From Candidatus Kaiserbacteria bacterium CG10_big_fil_rev_8_21_14_0_10_47_16 (GTDB lineage Bacteria > Patescibacteriota > Minisyncoccia > Phycocordibacterales > UBA918), in assembly GCA_002773395.1 (NCBI GenBank), contig PFBI01000004.1, forward strand, positions 12,615 to 76,614: a stretch of 64,000 nucleotides of DNA, read 5' to 3'. The translations under genes and the position numbers were made by a program. Under the pieces are notes generated by a model. The model searched no databases, had not been told where the DNA came from, and was given only the letters and a program-made list of their open reading frames with translations. Each line of letters starts with the position of its first letter. Position 1 is the first letter of the stretch. Below, piece by piece: positions 27,702 through 35,555 of the stretch.

Positions 27702-28334
27702 ATGTTTAATCGATTTTTTAGAGAATTAGAAGGAAAGAAGCTTACGTTTTTTACGATGGTTTTTGGTGTTGTGCTCCTTACGTACGGCGTGCTTTATGTC
27801 ATTGATTTTATTCCAGAGAGTCCTGAGACTGCGTCAAGTACACCGAGTGCCGCGACCGCAGCAAATGAAGCGCCAGTCATTCGTGCCGGTGTTGATGCGA
27901 CTCCTGATAAAATTATTTTCGATACATTGGGTAAAGAAGTGAATATTCTCAATCCAGAATCAGCGGATATTCCTACACTCGATAGTGCACTTCTTTCAGG
28001 CGTTGTGCGTCATCCAGAATCAGCAGACCTTCTCCAAGACGGTACCGTATTTCTCTTTGGTCACTCAAGTGGACTTCCGAACGTCATCAATAAAAACTTC
28101 CAAGCATTCAACGGTATTCAAAATTTGAAGTGGGGAGATAAGATTCGTATTCAATCATCTGACTTCGAGTACGTGTATCGTGTTGACCGTGTGTATGAGG
28201 CGAAGGCGAGTACGGCCGAGGTATCACTGGTCGCTGGGACAGCAACACTTGCGCTCGCAACGTGTAACTCATTCGGAAGTAAAGACGATCGCTTTGTGGT
28301 GGAAGCAACCCTCGTTGATTCGTACCCGCTCTAG
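27702..28334 (+). CDS. Sortase-family transpeptidase (membrane-anchored)
   Basis: N-terminal transmembrane segment. FLFGHSS (His), ATLALATCNSFG (TLxTC Cys) and a downstream Arg (DRFVVEA), in sortase order. Confidence 0.6.
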   Translation: MFNRFFRELEGKKLTFFTMVFGVVLLTYGVLYVIDFIPESPETASSTPSAATAANEAPVIRAGVDATPDKIIFDTLGKEVNILNPESADIPTLDSALLSGVVRHPESADLLQDGTVFLFGHSSGLPNVINKNFQAFNGIQNLKWGDKIRIQSSDFEYVYRVDRVYEAKASTAEVSLVAGTATLALATCNSFGSKDDRFVVEATLVDSYPL

Positions 28335-31300
28335 TCTCCGCCATCAGAAAGCCGTTTTACCTTCTCAAGCGCAATAGTTGGTTCGTCGTTACGGATTGAG
28401 AGACGGCCTTTAATAGCCACACACGTACCTGGTATAAGAAGCTCTTTGTACGTGTGGTATGTCTCGGGGAACGCGACCATTTCGATAGAATCTTTTTGAT
28501 CAGCGAGCGCAATAAATGCCATTCGGTCACCTTTCTTGGTAAGCAGTTCTTTCACCGTTTCAATAATACCGGCAGTGACAACTGGAATACCGTTGCGATT
28601 ATCACTGCGGACATCAGTAATTGAAGAACGCTTTTTAAGTTCAGCCGCAAAGTTGTCGAGCGGGTGACCCGATACATAAATACCGAGCAACTCCTTTTCC
28701 CAAATAAGTTTTTCCATTGAGCTTGCAGGTTCGGTCGGGTTCAGACTGAGCTCATGGAACGTGGAGTCTGCAATACCACCAAAGAGCGAATCTTGCGCAG
28801 ACTCTTTGCCGCTCGCGTGTTCTTTGTTGTATGCGAGCATTGTATCGAGATTGCCAAACATGATGCCGCGTTCTGCGAATCGATCGAAGGCACCGACTTT
28901 GATGAGTGACTCAAGAGATTTTTTGTTGAGGTTTTTGTCAGTGACGCGCGTGAGGAAATCCGAAAGGGAGGTATAGGGGCCGTTTGCCTTTCGTTCGGTA
29001 ATGATTGCTTCGGCAACGCCCGCACCGAAGTTTTTGACCGTCGTGAGTCCAAAGCGAATCTTTGCCTCGATGCCATCCTTCGCTGGTACAACGGAGAAGT
29101 CGGCGAAACTTTCGTTGATGTCTGGGGGGAGTACTTCAATACCCATGCGCTCACACTCGTGGATGATTTCAGAAATCTTCTCAGTGTCTCCTGAGTCAGC
29201 AGTGAGTACAGAAGACATGTATGGGGCAGGGTAGTTTGCCTTCATATAGGCGGTCTGATAGGCAACGCGGCCATAGCTCGCAGCGTGGGCTTTGTTAAAT
29301 CCGTAGGCGGCAAATGGTTCGATAAGTTTCCAGAGTTTTTCACCAACTTTCGGAGATATCTTTCCGTGGTCCCGGAAACCATCAAGAAGCTTTTGTCGTT
29401 CAGCTTCCATCACTTCAGGAATCTTCTTTCCCATCGCTTTACGAAGCATGTCGGCTTCAAGCCATGAGTATCCGGCGAGTTCGCGTGAAATCATGAGTAC
29501 GTCATCCTGATACGTCACCACACCGTATGAACGATCGAGAATCTTTGTGAGGCGAGGGTCGAGGTAGGTGATGAGGTTTGCGTTGTGCTTACGCTCAATG
29601 TATTGCGGAATAGATTCCATCGGTCCGGGCCGATAGAGTGCAACCATCGCGTTGATGTCGTGGATGGTCGTCGGTTTTAGTTGGCGCAAGAACGCCGTCA
29701 TACCCGAACCATTGAGCTGGAAGAGTCCCATCGTTTCACCACGGGCGAGCATGTCGAATGTGTTTTGGTCATCAGTTGGAACGTTTTCAATATCAACGTC
29801 AATGTTATGAATTGCTTTTACCCGGGTTACCGCGTCGGCGAGGATGGCGAGGTTTTTGATACCGAGGAAGTCAAACTTAAGAAGCCCAACGCCGTCCTCG
29901 CCGACGCTGTGCATCTCGTACTGTGTGATGAGTTTACCCGTTTTGCTATCGGGTTGTACCGGTACAAATTCAGAAAGTGGTTCTGGCGCAATCACCACAC
30001 CTGCAGCGTGCACACCAACATGGCGTACACGCCCTTCGATTTTTTTCGCAAGGTCGATGACCGCGCGAACGTCAGAATCATTTTTATACTCTTTCGCAAG
30101 ATCGGGTTCAATCTCGAGCGCTCGGGTAATGGTCATGGGGAACCCCTGACTTCCCATAGGAATGAGCTTCGCGATTTTGTCGCCGACTGCGTAGGGTTGC
30201 CCGAGTGCACGTGCGACATCGCGCACTGCAGCGCGTGCCATCATTGTTCCGAAGGTGCCAATCTGCGCAACTCTATCCTCGCCGTACTTTTCTTTAGCGT
30301 ACGCAATAATCTCGTCACGACGGTTATCGGCGTAGTCCATGTCGATGTCCGGAGCGGATGGTCGCTCAGGATTGAGGAATCGTTCAAAGGGGAGATTGTA
30401 TTCAAGCGGGTCTACATTGGTAATACCGAGAACGTAAGTGGTGAGTGACCCCGCAACAGATCCTCGAATGGTGGTGAGGATTTTACGCTCGCGCGCCTCA
30501 CGAATAAGATCGCCCACCACGAGGAAGTATTTCGCGTAGCCCTTCATTTTAATAATGTCGAGCTCGTAGTTGAGGCGATCTTTTACAACAGCATCATCAA
30601 GTGACATGCCGCGCCATAGGGCGCCTTTTTCTGCAAGAAAACGGAGTTCATCGTCTGGCTCGCGACCACTTTCAATAATGTAGTTCGGGAAGTACCACGT
30701 CTTACCTGGCTCCATGTGTACGTTACATTCGTCAGCAATTTTTACCGTGTTCGCAACTGCTTCAGGAGTATCCGCAAAAAGCTCTTTGATTTGTTCTGTG
30801 GTGAGGAAAGAGAAATCTTCGTGTTCGTCGTCAATTTCAATACTTTCTACGACGCCACCACTTTGAATCTTGAGCATCGCCTCACGCGCGAGGTAATCGT
30901 CTTTATTCAAATAATACACATCATGCGCAGCAACGAGTGGGGTACCTGATTTTTCTGCAAGATCAATTATCTTTTTTTGGAGAGACTCGTGGTCGAGGAT
31001 TTCTGGGTGGTGTGTAATTTCAAGGTAGCAATCTTTTCCAAAAACACTTCTATACCAGTCGAGTGATGCACCCGCTTTCTCATCATCTCCGTCTTTCAGA
31101 GCCAAGACAGGCTCTCCTGAAAACGAAGGAATAATACAGATGAGATCATTGTGAAATTCCTTTAAGAGATCGTGGTCGATACGTGGCCGATAGTAAAATC
31201 CGTTTACGTAACTCTCGGTTACTATTTTGATCAGATTTTTGTAGCCTTCGTTTGTCTTGGCAAGCAGAATGACTCGTCCGCGAGGTTTATCGATACCGGC

Positions 31301-31570
31301 GTCCTTATCGAGTCGTGTACGTGGTGCAAGATACGCATCCACGCCGATGATCGGCTTCACGCCTTCTTTGGTGCATGCTTTATAAAAATCAATTGCGCCG
31401 TAGAGGCCGCCGGCGTCAGTGAGGGCGAGCGCGTGCATTCCATTTTCCTTTGCACGTGCTGCAAGCTCCTTTGGCTTCGGAAGCGCTGAGAGTAGGGAAT
31501 AGTGAGAGTGCACATGGAGGTGTACAAAATCTCCCTTCGGCATTTCAGTCTTTTGCTCGGTATCAGCCAT
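28331..31570 (-). CDS. dnaE: DNA polymerase III alpha subunit
   Basis: PHP domain HLHVHSHYSLL…, polymerase core, OB fold. ~1080 aa. Start at MADTEQK; the ORF is open to 31591. Confidence 0.92.
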   Translation of the reverse strand: MADTEQKTEMPKGDFVHLHVHSHYSLLSALPKPKELAARAKENGMHALALTDAGGLYGAIDFYKACTKEGVKPIIGVDAYLAPRTRLDKDAGIDKPRGRVILLAKTNEGYKNLIKIVTESYVNGFYYRPRIDHDLLKEFHNDLICIIPSFSGEPVLALKDGDDEKAGASLDWYRSVFGKDCYLEITHHPEILDHESLQKKIIDLAEKSGTPLVAAHDVYYLNKDDYLAREAMLKIQSGGVVESIEIDDEHEDFSFLTTEQIKELFADTPEAVANTVKIADECNVHMEPGKTWYFPNYIIESGREPDDELRFLAEKGALWRGMSLDDAVVKDRLNYELDIIKMKGYAKYFLVVGDLIREARERKILTTIRGSVAGSLTTYVLGITNVDPLEYNLPFERFLNPERPSAPDIDMDYADNRRDEIIAYAKEKYGEDRVAQIGTFGTMMARAAVRDVARALGQPYAVGDKIAKLIPMGSQGFPMTITRALEIEPDLAKEYKNDSDVRAVIDLAKKIEGRVRHVGVHAAGVVIAPEPLSEFVPVQPDSKTGKLITQYEMHSVGEDGVGLLKFDFLGIKNLAILADAVTRVKAIHNIDVDIENVPTDDQNTFDMLARGETMGLFQLNGSGMTAFLRQLKPTTIHDINAMVALYRPGPMESIPQYIERKHNANLITYLDPRLTKILDRSYGVVTYQDDVLMISRELAGYSWLEADMLRKAMGKKIPEVMEAERQKLLDGFRDHGKISPKVGEKLWKLIEPFAAYGFNKAHAASYGRVAYQTAYMKANYPAPYMSSVLTADSGDTEKISEIIHECERMGIEVLPPDINESFADFSVVPAKDGIEAKIRFGLTTVKNFGAGVAEAIITERKANGPYTSLSDFLTRVTDKNLNKKSLESLIKVGAFDRFAERGIMFGNLDTMLAYNKEHASGKESAQDSLFGGIADSTFHELSLNPTEPASSMEKLIWEKELLGIYVSGHPLDNFAAELKKRSSITDVRSDNRNGIPVVTAGIIETVKELLTKKGDRMAFIALADQKDSIEMVAFPETYHTYKELLIPGTCVAIKGRLSIRNDEPTIALEKVKRLSDGGD

Positions 31571-31742
31571 AGTGACCCCAGTATACCCCACGACTAACTT
31601 TTAGTCAGTTTATATCGCTATAAGTATAGCTTTTATAAAAAACACTCGATTCATAAGAAATATAAGTTTTTTTCGCAACGTCGACAAAGTCGACAGACTC
31701 AAAGTTAGTGTTGGGGTATAGCAAATCGGGTACAATGACTAT

Positions 31743-32342
31743 ATGCACAGATGGATTGTTGGAATAGACGAGGCCGGCAGAGGCCCCTTAGCCGGCCCCG
31801 TTGCCGTTGGAGTGGTTAAAGTACCTCATGATTTTGATTGGGGGAGGATCCCTGGGGTGAATGACTCAAAGAAGCTTTCGCATAAAAATCGCGAAGCGAT
31901 TTTTATGCTCACAGAGGAGCTCCAAAAAGAAGGTGCACTTACGTATTCGGTAAAGATGACGAGCGCACCTATGATTGATCGGATTGGGATCGTACCGTCA
32001 GTACGACGTTCCATTGCAAGCGCGCTTCGCGCGCTCGCACCAGATACTAAGACAACGTCAATCAAGCTCGATGGCCTACTGTCTGCACCCGAAGAATTTA
32101 TATATCAAGAAACTATTGTCGGCGGCGATGGAAAGGAGAAGGTCATCGGACTTGCGTCCATTATGGCGAAGGTGACAAGGGATCGGTATATGGAACGGCT
32201 CGCAAAGAAACAAGAAGCGGTGTGCTATGGCTTTGACCTGCACAAAGGCTACGGGACCAAAGCCCACTTGGATGCCATCCGTACGCACGGTCTGCTTGAG
32301 GGAGTACACCGCGTCAGTTATTGCAGGAATATACAACGGTAA
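31743..32342 (+). CDS. rnhB: Ribonuclease HII
   Basis: …IVGIDEAGRGPLAGPV…. Confidence 0.9.
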   Translation: MHRWIVGIDEAGRGPLAGPVAVGVVKVPHDFDWGRIPGVNDSKKLSHKNREAIFMLTEELQKEGALTYSVKMTSAPMIDRIGIVPSVRRSIASALRALAPDTKTTSIKLDGLLSAPEEFIYQETIVGGDGKEKVIGLASIMAKVTRDRYMERLAKKQEAVCYGFDLHKGYGTKAHLDAIRTHGLLEGVHRVSYCRNIQR

Positions 32343-32388
32343 AAATGTGTGGTAGAATACAGTCGCTGCTCACCAGGGGGTTTGCAGT

Positions 32389-32410
32389 AAACGCCAAAGA
32401 GGCGTTTTTT
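32389..32410 (+). terminator. Weak hairpin plus T-tract after rnhB
   Basis: aaacgcc-aaagag-ggcgtttttt. Confidence 0.5.
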
Positions 32411-32438
32411 AGTTCTTGAGGAGAAAGAAGAGGGGTCT

Positions 32439-32732
32439 ATGACCTTCGAAGAAAGTGACCATCACGCAGTTGATCTGATGAGTCAGACTACCATGAAGGA
32501 TCCTGTCTGCGAGGCCAACATGCAGCGGTCCATTAAGGACTGCGGTGCTTGCCGCGGCTGTTTCCACCGTGTCGGCGTCGGGCGTGACGGAAAGTATGCT
32601 CTCGTCGTCATCTGTGACGTCAAGGGCCATATTTCACCCGAGGGCGAATGCTCTTCGCGGAAAGCGGGCGAGCGCACCATCGGCGCGCATACCCATGTCC
32701 CGTCCAGCTTCTCTGAAGAATTGGCGGCCTGA
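32439..32732 (+). CDS. Small cysteine-rich hypothetical protein (97 aa) with a CGACRGC cluster
   Basis: GAGGAG-like ribosome-binding site upstream, and a terminator downstream. Six Cys residues including CxxCxxC. No family recognised. Confidence 0.35.
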   Translation: MTFEESDHHAVDLMSQTTMKDPVCEANMQRSIKDCGACRGCFHRVGVGRDGKYALVVICDVKGHISPEGECSSRKAGERTIGAHTHVPSSFSEELAA

Positions 32733-32782
32733 CCATCCTCGGTGCCTGATAGCTAGAGGCACTGAAACTACCCTCAACTCGA

Positions 32783-32815
32783 CCTCCGGTTCATGGCCAT
32801 GAACCGGAGGTTTTT
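32783..32815 (+). terminator. Rho-independent terminator
   Basis: cctccggttcatg-gc-catgaaccggagg followed by TTTTT. Confidence 0.8.
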
Positions 32816-32859
32816 CTTATATTGCAAAAACAAGCTAATTCTGTTATAGTCTCGCCACT

Positions 32860-33210
32860 ATGGTAATTCGAATGCGACATACGCGGTCTCACACAAAGAA
32901 CCGCCGTTCACACCACGCCTTGAAAGCGGTACCGCTTTCAGTGTGTAGTAACTGTGGGGCACATCATCGCCCACACCACATGTGTCTTGATTGTGGTTTT
33001 TATAACGGACGTCAGGTGATGGATCTCAGTACAGAAAAAGCAAAGCGTGAAGCACGCATGCAAGCAAAGCGTGAGATGATCAAAGGTGAAGGATCTATTC
33101 CACAACCAGAGAAAAACGAAGTTTCAGAACCAGTAGCAGAAGATACAACAAAGACCGAAACAAAGGCAAAAAAGACTACGAAGAAGAAGCCGGCGAAAAA
33201 GGTTGAGTAA
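32860..33210 (+). CDS. rpmF: 50S ribosomal protein L32 (zinc-ribbon form) with a Lys-rich C-terminal extension
   Basis: …RRSHHALKAV…CSNCG…CLDCGFY… then a K/T/E-rich tail. Total 116 aa. Confidence 0.8.
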   Translation: MVIRMRHTRSHTKNRRSHHALKAVPLSVCSNCGAHHRPHHMCLDCGFYNGRQVMDLSTEKAKREARMQAKREMIKGEGSIPQPEKNEVSEPVAEDTTKTETKAKKTTKKKPAKKVE

Positions 33211-33220
33211 CCCTATCCCC

Positions 33221-33246
33221 AAAATTCCCGCTCTGCGGGATTTTTG
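33221..33246 (+). terminator. Hairpin plus T-tract after rpmF
   Basis: aaaattcccgc-tct-gcgggatttttg. Confidence 0.6.
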
Positions 33247-33304
33247 TATATACTGTTCTGGTAGTATCAGTATAGTAATAGTTTAGTACTTTCAGTTCAT
33301 TTCC

Positions 33305-34207
33305 ATGGCAAACCGACATCTTTCACGATCTATCGTCTTACAATCACTCTTTGAGTGGGATTTAAATAATATCGGGAAGAAGGACATGGACGAAGTACTC
33401 GACCGCAACGTTGCTGAGTTCGCACCCAACAATAGCGATACGCCATTTATGGGGAAGCTGCTCGACGGCATTCTCGCGAAACAAACTGAAATTGATCTCG
33501 TTATTGAAAAGGCTGCACCTGAGTGGCCAATTGATCGCATCTCTCCGGTCGATCGAAATATTCTGCGACTCGGTCTCTACGAGTTGCTCTTTGCTGACCG
33601 CAAGGAAGTACCGGCAAAAGTTGCTATCAATGAAGCGATTGAACTTGCGAAGCAGTTCGGTGGTGATAATTCGAGCAAGTTTGTAAACGGAGTACTTGGC
33701 GCGGTATACAAAGAAATAGGGGAACCGGGGAAGGATGAAACTTCAAAGCGAAAAAAGAAAGAAATTCCGTTTGACGAAATGCCAATCGAACGACTCGTTG
33801 GCGCGGTCGTGTACTCCATTAATGCAGAAGGAGATATGTATCTCGCGCTCGTGCATGATATCTTCGGGCACTGGACGCTCTCAAAGGGTGGTATTGAAGA
33901 AGGTGAAGATGTACAAAAAGGTGTACAGCGAAAAATAAAAGAAGAGATCGGACTTGATATCACGGTAGAATCTGAGCTTGGCAACAATGAATACGTAGCT
34001 TCACATCCTGAAAAAGGGAAGGTACGAAAGCAGGTACACTACTTCCTTGGGCAATCACCGTATTCAGAAATCAAACTTGAACAAAAGGGAGGTCTTGATG
34101 ATGCACAGTGGTTTAAGGTAGCAGATATCCTTGAACTTAATTTCTACGAAGACATTCTACCGATTGTGACGAAGGCAATCACCATGCTGGTCTCCAAAAG
34201 TCGCTAA
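33305..34207 (+). CDS. nusB: Transcription antitermination factor NusB fused to a C-terminal NUDIX hydrolase domain
   Basis: N-terminal ~150 aa NusB-like (…SRSIVLQSLFEWD…RISPVDRNILRLGLYELLF…). C-terminal half carries a canonical Nudix box GGIEEGEDVQKGVQRKIKEEIGL (Gx5Ex7REUxEExGU). Confidence 0.75.
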   Translation: MANRHLSRSIVLQSLFEWDLNNIGKKDMDEVLDRNVAEFAPNNSDTPFMGKLLDGILAKQTEIDLVIEKAAPEWPIDRISPVDRNILRLGLYELLFADRKEVPAKVAINEAIELAKQFGGDNSSKFVNGVLGAVYKEIGEPGKDETSKRKKKEIPFDEMPIERLVGAVVYSINAEGDMYLALVHDIFGHWTLSKGGIEEGEDVQKGVQRKIKEEIGLDITVESELGNNEYVASHPEKGKVRKQVHYFLGQSPYSEIKLEQKGGLDDAQWFKVADILELNFYEDILPIVTKAITMLVSKSR

Positions 34208-34245
34208 ATGTACATTTTTAATCTTTATGGTACTGTAGCCCCCAT

Positions 34246-34962
34246 ATGACGCAATCACATGAAATGGCGGGAGTTGATTTTGCAAAACTGGAGTCAATCC
34301 TTGGTATCAGTTTTACAGAAAAGAACCACCTGCTTACTGCAGTCACGCATCGGTCTTATTTAAACGAGCACCGAGAAGCGACGCAGGAACACAACGAACG
34401 ATATGAATTTCTCGGTGACGCAGTTCTCGAACTCGTTATTACAGATTTTCTCTTTGCGAAGTACCCAGAGAAGCCAGAAGGCGAACTCACCGCAATTCGT
34501 GCCGCCCTCGTAAATACCAATTCACTCGCAGACGCATCATCGCGTCTTGGTATTAATGAATTCCTCCTTCTCTCAAAAGGTGAAGCAAAGGATATGGGGC
34601 GTGCACGTCAGTACATTCTTGCGAATACATTCGAATCGATTATTGGCGCACTCTATCTCGATCAGGGATACGAAAAGGCAGGAGAGTTCATCGCGTCACA
34701 ACTCTTTGACCTCACCGATGAAATTGTGAAAAAGCGCCTCTGGCAAGATGCAAAGAGTCGTTTCCAAGAACTATCACAAGAGCACGTGGGAATTACACCA
34801 AACTATCAAACACTCGGACAAGAAGGACCTGACCACGATCGCACCTTTACTATTGGAGTATTTCTCGGAGAGAAGAAAATTGCGGAAGGAAGTGGCCGCG
34901 CAAAACAAGAGGCTGAACAAGACGCTGCAGAGAAAGCCCTTGCAGTGAAAGGCTGGGGTTAA
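34246..34962 (+). CDS. rnc: Ribonuclease III
   Basis: ERYEFLGDAVLE signature, plus a C-terminal dsRBD. Confidence 0.9.
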   Translation: MTQSHEMAGVDFAKLESILGISFTEKNHLLTAVTHRSYLNEHREATQEHNERYEFLGDAVLELVITDFLFAKYPEKPEGELTAIRAALVNTNSLADASSRLGINEFLLLSKGEAKDMGRARQYILANTFESIIGALYLDQGYEKAGEFIASQLFDLTDEIVKKRLWQDAKSRFQELSQEHVGITPNYQTLGQEGPDHDRTFTIGVFLGEKKIAEGSGRAKQEAEQDAAEKALAVKGWG

Positions 34963-34997
34963 TACCTGTAGCGCGCACAAACCACATGCTATAGTTA

Positions 34998-35543
34998 GTG
35001 CATATGTTTTTACGTCTGCGACCACGTGGCTTCACACTCGTTGAGCTCCTTGTAGTACTTGCAGTTATTGCAGTACTCAGTGGGGTGGTGATGGCGAGTG
35101 TCATTCAAGCGCGTCAATCAGCGCAAGATAAACAACGCGTTGCATCTCTCGAGCAACTCAGCCTCTCGCTCGAGGTCTATAAGCAGGCATATGGATCGTA
35201 TCCATTTTCATGTAATGGAACGGGAGTTATGGGAGGTCACGGATCAAACTTCGGCACCTGTACCTCAAACTATATCCAAGGGATGACCAGTATCATTACG
35301 CTTCCCGTAGACCCAAATACGACTGCAGACGGATACCGCTATATCTCAAACGGCACCAGCTACCGACTTGAGTCGTACAACGCACTCCAGAGTAAAACGC
35401 TTTCACCAACTGATGATTACCATGCATGCGCCGCATCGTGCAGTAGTGGCGTCTGTGCGACGTCAGGAGGGCAGTATACGAACGCAAAGACACAGAAGAC
35501 ACTCGCAATTTGGAAAGGCACCACCTATCAGTGTAGTCAATAA
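34998..35543 (+). CDS. Type IV prepilin-like protein (third copy)
   Basis: …RPRG|FTLVELLVVLAVIAVLSGV…. Confidence 0.65.
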   Translation: MHMFLRLRPRGFTLVELLVVLAVIAVLSGVVMASVIQARQSAQDKQRVASLEQLSLSLEVYKQAYGSYPFSCNGTGVMGGHGSNFGTCTSNYIQGMTSIITLPVDPNTTADGYRYISNGTSYRLESYNALQSKTLSPTDDYHACAASCSSGVCATSGGQYTNAKTQKTLAIWKGTTYQCSQ

Positions 35544-35555
35544 TTTTACGTAGGG

